Source: Scyliorhinus canicula (taxonomy: Eukaryota). From it: DNA of 64,000 bases. How positions within the stretch are numbered: position 1 is the stretch's first letter; each line of letters begins with the position of its first letter. The translations under genes and the position numbers were made by a program. The notes below the pieces were generated by a model that had not been told where the DNA came from, did not search any database, and saw nothing but the letters and a program-made list of their open reading frames with translations. The stretch spans positions 1 through 64,000 of the forward strand of contig NW_024055458.1 in the NCBI RefSeq assembly GCF_902713615.1. Reading direction: 5' to 3'. Below are positions 31,922 through 44,924 of the stretch, piece after piece.

Positions 31922-34900
31922 TATTTTTTTCCAGTTATGTTTCTAATCGCCCATCTCCTGTTATCTCCCCATAACCCCTGATCCCCTTATTAATCAAGAA
32001 ACTATCTATGTCTGTCAGACTGGTTAGATATAGGGAAAGATCCTTCGGCACTGCCACATCAAATCCTCACCACTCTGTGCAGCTCAGGTTAGATACAGAG
32101 TAAAATTTTCTCTACAGTTCTCATGAAACACTACAAGGTAATTGAATGCTCCAACCACATTTGAGAAGAAAACTCTCTCTATGTATTCCAATTCATTGGA
32201 TTCGATCCATTTAGTTGGAAGCCAATGGGGTGTGATCGGGCTGAGAGAATATATTGGGCACATGTTGACTTCAATTTGTCGATTACAAACAATGACCCAT
32301 CATGGAGAGGCATGAGACAGAACCAATTGGGAGAAAGACACAGATATCAGATACATGAAAACTCTACGAACACATTTGGCATGTCATAATATTCGAGATT
32401 AAAGGGAAACTTTCCTCATTCTGAACATAGATATCATGATGACATTTTTCTCATATAACTGATGAAGAAACACATGTCCAAAAACAATTACTACTTGAAT
32501 CCGTTAATCTATTTACATCTTCATCTCTATTTCTGTGCTGTGTCGGCGGGGAAATAGTTGTTTTGTTTTTGTCAGCCTGCAATCTAAACTGGGCCTTCTA
32601 TTTCTGTGTTTATTTACATAAACACCTCACTGGCACAATGTCAGCAAAACGAGATAAACACAGCCACTTATTGATTAGTTTCAACTCAAAATAGCCGGTT
32701 ATTTTAAGACTATTAACAGTCTATTAAAATGTATAGAACCCTCCATTAGAACAGATGTTACTTAATTGAATTAAAGAATACAGTTGAATTAAGTATTAAT
32801 TCTGAAAGTTCTGATGTCTCAATTAATAAAGCATCTTTAACCAGGCTGTTATTCCACTGAATGCTAATTTGATTGAAATATTAACCGATTTAAAGTAGAT
32901 AAATTAAAACATCAGGCAGGGGAGTGACCGATAGTCACATTAATCTCAGATCTTTCAAAATCTTACAACCTGCATTTTAAAATGTTAGCATTTGGAAAGA
33001 GCTTGCTTTTGTGAAACGCTTTACCGACCTCAGGTCATCCCAACGCCCTGAAAACTCACTGATATATTTTTGCTGAATTTAGTCACTGCTGTAATGTTGG
33101 AAACATAGCAGGGAATTTGTGCACAGCAAGATCCCACAGCCTGAAATGTGATCAGTGACCAACCAATCTGTGATTTATGTTCAAGAACGGACATTGGTCC
33201 AGGATACTGGGAAAATCAGCTCTACTCTTTAGAATTATGTCAATGAGGCAATCCACTAGAAATGTGAATCTGTTTCTCTCTCTGCTGATGCTCACTGACC
33301 TGCTGAGCAGCCTTTATTATTTTGTTTTTGTTTTAGATTTCCGGATTCTGCAGCACTTTGCACTATTTTTAACATTCATTCCCGGCCTATGACCCTCACT
33401 GACAAAGTCAGCATTAACTGTCCATCCTGTGAAGCCGGATGAGAACCACCTTTTAGATAAGGTGCACTTTGCACAGTTGAATTCACATTTGACTTTATGT
33501 AGCAGATTCTCTTCGACTGACTGGCTTGCTCGGTAATATCAGAGGTAGTTAAGCGGCAACCACATCATTGCTGAACTAGTTACATATAGTCCAGACAGGG
33601 GATGGCGGGAAGATTTATTTTCCTGAAGGACATTGGTGAACCTGCTGAGCTTTGGGAAATGTCAAGAGCTTCATGAGCATTATGAATGACATGACGATTT
33701 TTATTGCTGATTTATTAATTCATTCAATTATAAAACTATAAGATGTAGGAGCAGAAGTTGGCCATTCGACCCATGTACCTTCTCTGGACGGCCTCCAAAA
33801 TATCTATCCTTAGGTAAGGAGACCAAAACTGCTCACATCATTGCAATATGCCCTGGTGGAATTTGTACTGCCTCTGGAGTAATAGTTCAGGCCTCCAGAT
33901 TGCCAGTCCAGTAATAATATTGCGAAGCAGCCCTAAGGCTGTAATAAAATCACATCTAAAAGATGGAACAACTGAAATATAAAATACTCCTGCATTGGAT
34001 CACAGGCTGTCGTGAGAGGTGATATTGATTCGCATGAAACAAGACCTATCATGCTTTGCATTTTGACATTACATTCTGAAATATTGCTCAGTGTATCTAA
34101 AGTTCTAATTCTGGGTGCAGCCTTACATGGGTCAATTTAATTTTCAGAGGCTAGTCTTTTATTAGTCTTGTGACTTATTCTTTTATAAATTTAGAGTACC
34201 CAATTATTTTTTCCTAATTAAGGGGTAATTTAGCATGGCCAATCCACCTACGCTGCACATCTTTGGGTTGTGGGAGCGAAACCCACGCAAACACGGGGAG
34301 AATGTGCAAACTCCACACGCCCAGGGACCCAAAGCCGGGATCCAACCTGGGACCTCAGCGCCGTGAGGCAGCAGTGCTAACAACTGCACCACCGTGCTGC
34401 CCCCGTCTTACATCTTGTTCTAACACGATGGTATTGGTCAATGGGAATTCCACTGGCTCCATATAAAATGTCAGTAATTCCAAGAATAGCATCTGAACAC
34501 AAGCAAGGCATAAAAACATATACAACTGGGTCTTCACACTGTATGAGCTGCACGGTCAGAGCGGTTGGAAGTTCGGATTGTTTTCCTCAGAACCGAGCAG
34601 GTTATGGGATGCGTGTAAAAATTGTCAAAATTATGATGGGTTTTGTTTGATTAATTAGGAAGAAACTTGATTGACTGGCAGGAGGGTCAGAAAACAGAAG
34701 ACACTAATTTATGAAATATTAAATCCACCCTCTGATTATAAGCCAATCAAATTGTAACAGGACGAGACAGGGCGGATGCAGAAAGGATGTGTCCGATGGC
34801 GGGAAAGGTAGAACCAGGTGTCACAGTCTAAGGATACGGGGTAAACCATTTAAAACGGAGATAAGGAGTAATACCTTCACCCTGGGAGTTGTGAACCTGT

Positions 34901-36208
34901 GGAATTCTCTACCATAGAGCGAAGTTGACTCCAAAGTATTGTATGTTTTCGAGGAGGAGTTAGATAAAGCTCTTGGGGATCAAAACTCTGGAGGGACCAA
35001 ATGATATGGGGGAAAGTGGGAACAGGTTATTTAGGTGGATGGTCAGCCATGATCAGAATGAATAGCGGAGCATCTCGAAGGACAGAATGGTCTACTCCTG
35101 CTCTATTTTCTATGCACTGTATTACATCAAAACTGTTTATTCTCATGTTACACGTGACCCTGTCTTTATTGCTATTAAAGTAATCCCTGTCCCTGTCTAT
35201 ACTACACTACCGTTTGTGCTACACTCAGTTAATAATACGCTACAATATGCATAGGATTATATTACATTAAGTTCCGTCTCTACTATATTCCACAGGAATT
35301 TGTTTCTTTACATCACACCAGGGCCTGTCTCTGTTGATATTACACCGGACCATGTTCCTGTTGTCACTCGATATTACAAATTATTGTACATGTTTGCTTG
35401 TTTCTCCAAGTACAATCATCATTGATTTTGAGATTATGTTAATTCCTGTTAATATCTATAAGTAGTTGTATTAGATGTGTACTTGCTCTGCTATCATGTG
35501 GGCAATACTGAGTTGAATATTTTACCAACATCCCAGGAATGAACTGGTCTTGGGAGACATGTCTACATGTGAACACCGGTGCACAGCAATTTCCAAAATT
35601 TAGAGGAAATCTCTGTTTTGTTCAAAATTATGAATTTACTTTTGTGTTATGCTCTATCGATTGGAAAGTTTTTTTTTCACGATGGTGATTATTTTCATGC
35701 CTCGATTTATATTAACCAATCAACTGTTCGAATCCCGGGCCCGGGTCACTGTCCGTGTGGATTTTGCACATTCTCCCCGTGTCTGCGTGGGTTTCACCCC
35801 CACAACCCAAAGACGTGCAGGGTAGGAGGATTGGCCACGCTAAATTGCCCCTTAACTGGAAAAAATAATTGGGTACTCTAAATTTATTTTAAAAATATAT
35901 TAACCCATCACCTAATGCACTGGCAGAGTTAGACAGAACCGTGTTCTCACAGTATCGCCACAATGGTAATGGTGGGCACTCATAGGAGAAATGCCCACCC
36001 AATCATACAACACTCATCTGGTTAAGAAGAACAACTAAAATCGCTGCAAAAACGTATTGACCGTTCGTGTAGGTGTGCATATGAAACATTTTTCTTATTT
36101 TTTGCAACTCCAATCGATCAAGATGTAATGTTATCTTCTGAATTATTTGGTTCACTTTTCGATGTCTTCATATGTCTCTGTCCTAAGCTCTGGTATTCAA
36201 TCCCTACA

Positions 36209-36603
36209 TGTTGAAGAAATTAATAGTCAGCACTTCGAGTTTTCGCCAAAGGTCTTTATTTAACACGAAGTTCGTGGGGGGATTAGATAGACCACAGTCA
36301 TTCCAAATGTCCCCGCTTTACAGAGATAAGGCAAGCAAGTTACAGTAAGCAATGTCTAGAACAGGCCTTGAGTTCCTCGCCTAAGAAAAAATAGTTGTCT
36401 GCTGTCAGCAAAACAGTGTGCAGCTGTATGCTTGTTTAAACTGACTGTTTCATACAGAACGTCTTGACGAAAAATAAGGCTAAATATCCATCATGCTTTG
36501 CCAAGTGCCTATTTCCATGAAATATAGTGAAGCAGCCAGTTAAAATGAATACAACTGATGTTGTATTCAGGCAACTAATCCGCAAACTAAAGTCCCTTCT
36601 ACA
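36209..36603 (-). mobile_element. Probable solo LTR (395 bp)
   Basis: Present only in duplication unit 2; TGTTGAAG...CTTCTACA termini (7/8 inverted match); CTACA/CTACT flanks; minus-strand AATAAA. Confidence 0.6.
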
Positions 36604-37066
36604 CTACTGTACTCCTCTTTACGTCAACTCCCTTATTAAAATCATCCCATAACCGGCCTCGTCGACCATGTTTTTACTCGTCTGGCCTATTAACTGTTTA
36701 CACATATATTAATCCAGACCCTGAGCAGGAATGACTGCAATAGGCCCTGCCTCAGTTTATAATATTCTAGATACTGTATGAATAATCACCGTTTTAGATG
36801 CTATCTCATTTAAGGTTAATCAAACTTTGTATCAGTAATCGCTGCACTACAACCTGTCTCGGTTTATGTTAATCTAGACCCTGTATCAGTCATCACTGCA
36901 CGAGATTCAATCTCAATTTAGGTTAATCTACACCCTGCATTAGTGATCATTGCTTTAGACCCTGTCATAGAGTCATGGAGTCTGAGAGTTTCACAGTATA
37001 GAAAGATGCCCTTCCACCCACCATATCTGTGACGGCAATCAAGCCGTCCATAGATGGTCTTCCTAC

Positions 37067-39230
37067 CATAAAATCATAAGACATAGGAGCGGAAACCAGC
37101 CTTTCAGTCCATTGAGTCTGCTCCGCATTCAATCATGACTGTTATGTTTATAATCCCCATTCTCCTGCCTTCTCTCCACAATCCCTGATCCCCTTATTAA
37201 TCAAGTACCTGTCTATCTATATCTTAAAGACACTCAGTGATTTGGCCTCCACAACCTTCTGCGGGAATGAGTTCCACAGATTCAAGACCCTCTGGCTGAA
37301 TAAATTGCTCCTCTTCTCAGTTTCGGAGGATCGTCCCTTAAATCTGAGGCTGTGCCCTCGGATTGTAGTTTCACCTAATAGGCCTCTCGCTGTTCTGTAA
37401 GTTTCAATGTGACCTCCCCCCCCCCCCCCCCCCCCCCCGCCAATCCCACACTCCGCGTCCCCTCCCCCCACAGCACTTCATCCTTCTAAACTCTATCCAG
37501 CACAGATACAGAGTCCTCAACCGCTCCTTTTATGAAAAGTCTGTCATTCCGAGGGTCAGTCTTGTGAATCTTCTCTGGAGCTTCTCCAAGGCCTTCTTTA
37601 GAAAAGGGGACCAAAACTGCTCACAATATTTCAAATGGAGTCTGACCAGAGCCTCATGGAGCCTCAACAGTTGCATCCCTGTTCCTGTAATCTAGCCCTC
37701 GCAACATGAATGCTAAAATTGCATTTGCCTTCCTTGCTGCCAACCGATCCTGCAAGTTAACCTTAAAATAATCCTCAACTAGAATTCCTAAGTCCATTTG
37801 AGCTTCTGATTTCCTCAGCCCTACCCCAATTAGAAAATACTCTATGTTTCCTCCAAATGCGGAACCTCAAACATTTCTACATTGTATTCCATCTGCTACT
37901 TCTTTGCCCACTCTCTTGGCCTGGCCAGGTCTTTCTACAGCCTCTCTGCTTCCTCAGCAAAACCTATTCCTCTACGTATCTTTGCATCGTCTGAAAACGT
38001 AGAAGCAGTACCCCCAGTTCAAAAGTAATAATAAAAATCTCTATTAGCTTTTACATTACATCAGCTTTTAAAGGCTTCCGTATGCTCTGGCATCCCATTA
38101 ATATTCGCCACATTGTCTGCTTATTCCTTTGCTTTTATGTTGTCCTTGACCTCCCTTGTCAACCATGGATGCCCTGTCCTCCCCTTAGCATGGTTCCTCC
38201 TCCTTGGGATTAATTTGTGTAGTGCCTCGCGGCGAATAATCCCCAAAACGTCCTGCCACTGCTGTCCCACTATCTTCCCTGCTTCCCATCAACTCTGGCC
38301 AGCTCCTCCCTTTATCTTTGTAGTTTCCTTTATTCAATTGTAATACCGTTACATTTGACTCCAGATTCTACCTCCAAATTGCAGGATGAATTCTATCATA
38401 TTGTGGTCACTGCCCCGTGAGGGTTCCTTCACCTTAAGTTCCCTATTCATGTCTAGCTCATTACACATCAGCAAATGCAGAATTGCCTGTTCTCGACTGA
38501 CCTCGATCACAAGCTGCTCCAAAAAACTTCTCATCGAAATTCCACACATTCAATTTCTTGGAATCTACTACCAACCTGATGTTTCCTGCCCTCCTGAATA
38601 TTGAAGTCCCCCATGATTATTGTAATATTGCCTCTCTTATATGCGTTTTTATATCTCCTGATTTATTTTGTGCCCCACATTCTCACTACGGCTAGGGGGC
38701 TGTACGTAACTCTCATCAGCGTCTTTTTTCCTTTGCGATTCGTCAACTCTGCCCACAGGGATTCTGTGCCTTCTGACCTTAAACTGCTTCTTGCTGTCGA
38801 GTTAATTTCATTAACACACAATGCAACCCCACCCTCTTTTCCCATCTGCCTGTCCTTTCGATAGGACACATATCCTAAGATATTTAGATTCCAGCCCTGA
38901 TCCCCTCGCAGCCACGTCTCTGTGATGTCCACAACACCGTACCGGCCAATTACAACGCGCACAATGAGTTCATTTACTTTGTTCGTATTCTGCGCACATT
39001 CAGGTACAACACCCGCAGCTCTGCGTTGACCACCCCTTCTCATCGTTCTCCACTTTTCTGCTGTGCCTGAAGTTGTATACCTGCCACTTTCCATACTCCC
39101 TACTCTAGTACGTGTTCTGTAAACTTTACTAACCCCTGAGCTCTCGGCCCGTTTTACTCGGTCAATATCCTGATAATTAACCTGCACTCTCGCCTTATCT
39201 TTTAACATTGGTTTTCTAATTTTGATACAA
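37067..39230 (-). mobile_element. Internally deleted CR1 LINE, including the APE endonuclease start
   Basis: ORF 38663-39208 has YGVVDITETWLRGDQGWNLNILGY..YRKDR..GKEGGVAL; CR1 3' end near 37067. Confidence 0.85.
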
Positions 39231-39319
39231 ACGACCCCCCCCCCCCCCCCTCAAAAATTTAGTTTTAATGCATCACTTCTCAGCATTGAATTTTGTCTGC
39301 CACCTATCTGCCTGTGTAC

Positions 39320-39750
39320 ATGAAGCAGTCAGCGATTGTTCTCGCTGGAGTTCAGAAGAATGAGCGGGGATCTAATAGAGACTTATAAAATTCTAACAGG
39401 ACTAGACAGTGTAGATGCAGGGAAGATGTTACAGATGATGGGTGTGTCCAGAACCAGGCCATAGTCTGAGGATTCAGTATTCATTTCGGACAGAGATGAG
39501 GAGTTATTTGTTCACCCAAAGAGTGGTGAGCCTGTGGAATTTATTAGCACAGGAAATAGTTAATCCTAAAACATTGAATATGTTCAAGAGGCGGCTAGAT
39601 ATAGCACGTGGGGAGAATGGGATCAAAGGCTGTGGGAAGAAAGCAGGATTAGGCTATTGAGTTGGATGATCAGCCATGATCGTGATAAATGGCAGAGCAG
39701 GCTCGAAGGGCCAAAACGCCTCCTCCTGCTCCTAACGTCTATGTATCGAT
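39320..39750 (+). mobile_element. CR1 3' fragment
   Basis: LEFRRM.GDLIETYKIL-like frame and FTQRVVSLWN motif with CR1 3' UTR. Confidence 0.8.
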
Positions 39751-41629
39751 GTTTGTCATCCTCTTCCCTGCTCACCACATTGTCAATTTGGGAGACAAAT
39801 GCAACTTTTCAATTATATCCTGTGAACCAGAGTCCCGAGTCCTGTCTATTAATATATAACAGAAAAAACAGTGCTGCTAATATTACCCACTGGAGAATAA
39901 CACTCTGCATCCCAACCAATCTGAAACAATTGTTAACATCTACACTGTATTCTGTCCATTAGTCACTGTTGTACACATTCTGCTCGTGCCCCTTTAATCA
40001 CCTGAGCATCAATTTCCCCCAGTTTTCAAATATGACACAGACATTAAGATATTTGTCCCCGACCTTTCCATTCCTCGTGTCCCATCAGAATTCCAAGGAC
40101 AGCTTTAGTAACGCTCTGCTTGTCTAAACTATTCCGTCAAATGCTCACAGGTCAGATACAGCACGGGGTTGCATACAGAGCAAAGCTTCCTGCAAACTGA
40201 ACCACCAAACACTCTCAGGCCAAATGCATCACAGGTTCCGATAAAGAATAAAACTTCCGAAAACCTGTCCCATTATATACTCCCAGGGCACTAACAATAA
40301 ACATTTAGTTACTGAATAAACTTCGCTTTACAATTTCCCCTCAAATACTCGAAGGACAGGTACAGTGCAGAGAAAAGCCCCCTCCACGACATCCGCCATC
40401 TAACATGTGCAGGACAGGTAAAGCAGTTGTGAGGAACAGAGTAAAGCTTCCTTTTTGGCGGACCATCAGATACTTGCAGAGCAGGAAAAACGCAGGGTAT
40501 GCGGAGAGTAAAGTTCCCCATACTCCGTCCCATTAATTGGTGTATAAAACAAAGGAATTATTTGTGCAGGAGCTTGGTGTGAAAATGTCCACACACACTA
40601 ACACTCAGAAAAAAACGCACATGTGTCTTAATGTATATAATCTCAAACGTGTAACGGTGAACATCACACTCGGCCCTACATTGATTAACATTAATCTTGG
40701 GCCGACACTGCAATCGACCCTATCTCGTTTTGTACGAATGTATACCCTGAATCAGTATTCACTGCATTAGACCTTATCTCAGGTTTCGTTAATCTAGACC
40801 CTGCATCAATAATTACGGCATTAGAATCTGTTTTACTTTATATTAATCTCGACGCTCTGTCAGCAATTAGTGCACGAGAACCCTGTCTAAATTCACATTA
40901 CTGAAGACCCCCCCCCCCATCAGAAATCACTGCACTCGACCTTGTGTCGGTTTATATTAATCTAGACCCTGTATCAGGAATTACTGTACTAGACCCTGTT
41001 TCAGATTATATTTAATTTAGGCTTTTTTACATCGAACAATAGAAGTGTAGAAGCATAGACAATAGGTGAAGGAATAGGCCGTTCGGCCCCTTGAACTTGC
41101 GCTTCCATTCATTCTGATCGTGGCTGATCATCCAACTCAGTAAACTGTTCTCGCTTTCCCTCCATATCCTATGATCCCTAAAGCCACAAGAGCTATATAT
41201 AATTCCTTCCAGTAAACATACAATGCTTTGGCCCCAACTGTGTTGTGTGGTAGAGAATTCCACTGGCTCACCACTCTAGGTCGATAAATTTCTCCTCATC
41301 TATATCCTTAGACTGTGTCCCTGATTCTGGACTCCCCTCCATTAATCATTGCTTCACACCCTGTCTCAGTTATTATGAATATTTACCCTGTAACAGTAAC
41401 CCCTGCATTAGAACCCTGCCCCAGTTATTGTGAATCCCGGTCTTTTCAAAGAATCATAGAATCCCGACAGCGCACAAGGAGGCCAGCCGGTCCATCGAGT
41501 CTGCACCGGCCCTCCAAAACGCCACCCCACTGAGAACCCCTCCTCCATCCTATCCCCATAACCCCACCTAACCTTTGCACACTCAGGGAAAATCTTTTAG
41601 AATCGCCAATCCACCTAACCTTGATTTGA

Positions 41630-42388
41630 TTCATTTTGGAAGGAATGACAGGAAGACAGAGTACTGGGCGAATGGTAAGATTCTTGGCAGTGAGGACGAG
41701 AGAGAGATCTCGGTGTCCATGTCCATAGATCCCTGAAAGTTGCCACCCAGGTTGAGAGGGTTGTTTAGAAGGCGTACGGTGTGTTAGCTTTTTTTGGTAG
41801 AGGAATTGAGTATCGGAGCCATGAGGTCATGTTGCAGTTGTACAAAACTCTGGTGCGGCCGCCTTTGGAGTATTGCATGCAGTTCTGGTCGCCACATTAG
41901 AGGAAGGATGTGGAAGCATTGGAAATGGTACAGAGGAGATTTACAAGGATGTTTCCTGGTATGGAGGGAAGATCTTACAAGGAAAGGCTGAAGGACTTGA
42001 GGCTGTTTTCGTTAGAGAGAACAAGGTTAAGAGGTGACTAAATTGAGGCATACAAGATGATCAGAGGATTAGATAGGGTGGACATTGAGATCCCTTTTCC
42101 TCGGATGGTGATTTCCAGCACGAGGGGACATAGATTTAAATTGAGGGGAGATAGATATAGGACAGATGTCAGAGGTAGATTCTTTACTCAGAGATGAGTA
42201 AGGGCGTGGAATGTTCTGCCTGCAACAGTAGTGGACTCGCCAACACTAAACGCATTCAAATGGTCATTGGATAGGCAGATGAACGATAAGGGAATAGTGT
42301 AGATGGGCTTTAGAGTGCTTTTACAGGTCGGCGCAACATCGAGGGTCGAAGGGCCTGTACTTCACTGTAATGTTCTATGTCCTATGTA
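41630..42388 (+). mobile_element. CR1 3' fragment
   Basis: LYKTLVRP.LEYC.QFWSP-like frame; TTCTATG-type tail. Confidence 0.85.
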
Positions 42389-42668
42389 ACCTGCGCATCT
42401 TTGGACTGTGTGAGGAAATTCTCGGTTTCTACTGCACTGCACTGTCTCCACTTGTATCCTTGTTTTAGTAATTCTGGTACACCGCCGGCTCTGTTTATTT
42501 AATGCCAGTTTCTGTATCTATAAATGATGCGCGTCTCTCTGTTTTAATTATTACTGTGTGAGACAATACCAATATTAATCATGATGTGGAGATGCCGGCG
42601 TTGGACTGGGGTGAGCACAGTAAGAAATCTTACAACACAAGATTGAAGTCCAACAGGTTTGCTTCAAA

Positions 42669-42703
42669 CACTAGCTTTCGGAGCACTGTTCCTTCCTCAG
42701 GTG
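42669..42703 (-). ncRNA. Minimal hammerhead ribozyme motif in the inverted pLTR
   Basis: CAC-CUGAGGA-A-GGAAC agu GCUCC-GAA-AGCU-A-GUG: core boxes, stem I CAC/GUG, palindromic stem III AGCU. Confidence 0.65.
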
Positions 42704-44071
42704 AAGAGGTATGTTCCAGAAACATATATATCGACAAAGTCAAAGATGCCAGACAATGCTTCGAATGCGAGCATTTGCAGGTAATTAAGTCTTTACAGAT
42801 GCAGAGATAGGGGTAACCCCAGGTTAAAGAGGTGTGAATTGTCTCACGCCAGGACAGTTTTTAGGATTTTGCAAACCCAGGCCAGATGGTGGGGGATGAA
42901 TGTAATGTGACACGAATCCCAGGCCCTGGTTGAGGCCGCACTCATGTAGGCGGAACTTGGCTATAAGTTCCTGCTCAGCGATTCTGCGTTGTTGCGGGTC
43001 ACCTCACAATGTTCCACTTCTCCACTTCCACCCTAAATATACTAAAGAATCCATCCCCTATGGACAAGCCCTCCGTATACACAGGATCTGCGCAGACGAG
43101 GGGGAGCGTAACAGACATCTACAGATGCTGAGTGATGACCTCGCACGAACGAGATATGGTGCTTGACTCATCGATCGACAGTTCCAACACGCCACAGCAA
43201 GAAAACGCACCAACCTCCTCAGAAGACAAACACGGGACACAACCGACAGAGTACCCTTCATCGTCCAGTACTTTCCCAGAGCGGGGAAACTACGATATCT
43301 TCTTTGCAGCATTCAACACATCATCGATGAAGATGAACATATTGCCAAGGTCATCCCCACACCCCCACTACTTGCCTTCAAACAACCACGCAACCTCAAA
43401 CAAACCATTGTTGGCAGCAAACTACCCAACCTTCAGAACAGCGACCACGACACCACACAACTTTGCCATGGCAATCGCTGCAAGACGTGCCAGATCATCG
43501 ACATGGATACCACCATTACACGTGAGAACACCACCCACTAGGTACATACTAGTGCAGCTCGGCCAATATTGTCTACCTCATACGCTGCAGGAAAGGATGT
43601 CCCGAAGTGTGGTACATTGGCGAGACCATGCAGACGCTGCAACAATGAATGAACGGACATCGCGCGATAATCACCAGGCAGAAATAGTCCCTTCCAGTCG
43701 GGGAACACTTCAGCAGTCGAGGGCATTCAGCCTCTGATCTCCGGGTAAGTGTTCTCCAAGGCGGCCTACAGGACACGCGATACCGCAGAATTGCCGAGCA
43801 GAAATTTATAGCCAAGTTCCGCACACATGAGTGTGGCCTCAATCGGGACCTGGGATTCATGTTGCATTACATTCATCCCCCCACCATCTGGCTGGGCTTG
43901 CAAAATCCTACCAACTGTCCTGGCTTGAGACAATTCACACCTCTTTAACCTGGGGTTACCCCTATCTCTAGATCTGTAAAAATTTAATTACCTGCAAATG
44001 CTCGCATTCTAAGCATTGTCTTGCATCTTTGAATTGTCTACATATATGTTTCTGGAACATACCTCTTCGTT

Positions 44072-44106
44072 CACCTGAGGAAGGAGCAGTGCTCCGAAAG
44101 TTAGGG
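44072..44106 (+). ncRNA. Minimal hammerhead ribozyme motif in the 3' pLTR
   Basis: CAC-CUGAGGA-A-GGAGC agu GCUCC-GAA-AGUU-A-GGG; stems I and III slightly decayed. Confidence 0.6.
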
Positions 44107-44924
44107 TTTGAAAAAAAACCGTTGGACTTTAACCTGGTGTTGTAAGACGTTTTATAATATTAATCGTGCAATGGGTTACATCTAATTTATTACCGCACCC
44201 CTCCATACCCCTGTTTAAAATAAAATAGGTCCTTTCTCAGTTCTCTCTAAATTTGACCCTCTCAGTGTTTTTATCTTTCGGTATTATTCTAGTTATTAAT
44301 ACATCAGATCATGCTTTTGTGGCCTGAATAATTTACACTAGTTGAGTTTTTACTTGTAGTTAGACCATGTATTTATTTATGTTTTACTGCACATTGTGTT
44401 TCGTAGTATTACATTAATCCCTGCTTCAGGTATCACTGTACTTAACCGTGTACCAAGTTTTATTACCCTGGGTCTTGTCTCTGGAATGATTGTACGGGAC
44501 CATGTTTCGTTTTACCTTTCCCTCAGCATTGTATCTGTGTATATAATTCTATCTACAGTTAAACATTTGAATAAGAAGGGCCATGTTTCTGTACATACTG
44601 CAATTCACCCATTCTCGGTTATGACTGCGCGAGACTGTGTTTACTGTTTTAACAAATAGGTGCAGTCACATTCAGAAATGAACTGAACAACGCCTCTCTC
44701 TACTGCAATTGACTCTTTTTTAAACATTGAATAAGACCTTATATCTATTAATATTACATTATGTGCGGATTAATTAATGGATGCATGAATCCATTAATGC
44801 ATGAATGCTGCTATACATGTTAGAAGTCACCATTTCGGAGCAGTTGTTCAACTGCAGCAAGTCTCCATTTATATTATGTTGAGCCCATTCTCTGATATTA
44901 TTTTGTTAGACTCGGTTTCATTCA

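Larger units (their letters stand above)
25500..37210. repeat. Old tandem segmental duplication (unit 1 ~25500-31990, unit 2 ~32000-37210)
   Basis: Collinear non-TE matches, e.g. 26180/32570, 28480/34080, 30390/35920 and 31280/36940. Confidence 0.85.
42581..44155 (+). mobile_element. Penelope-like element (GIY-YIG end) with inverted pseudo-LTR and 10-bp TSD
   Basis: Broken frames give SIPYGQALRIHRIC, VYLIRCRKGCPEVWYIGET and KFIAKFRTHECGLNRD. About 42615-42997 is an inverted copy of about 43773-44150. AATATTAATC flanks at 42571-42580 and 44156-44165. Confidence 0.9.
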
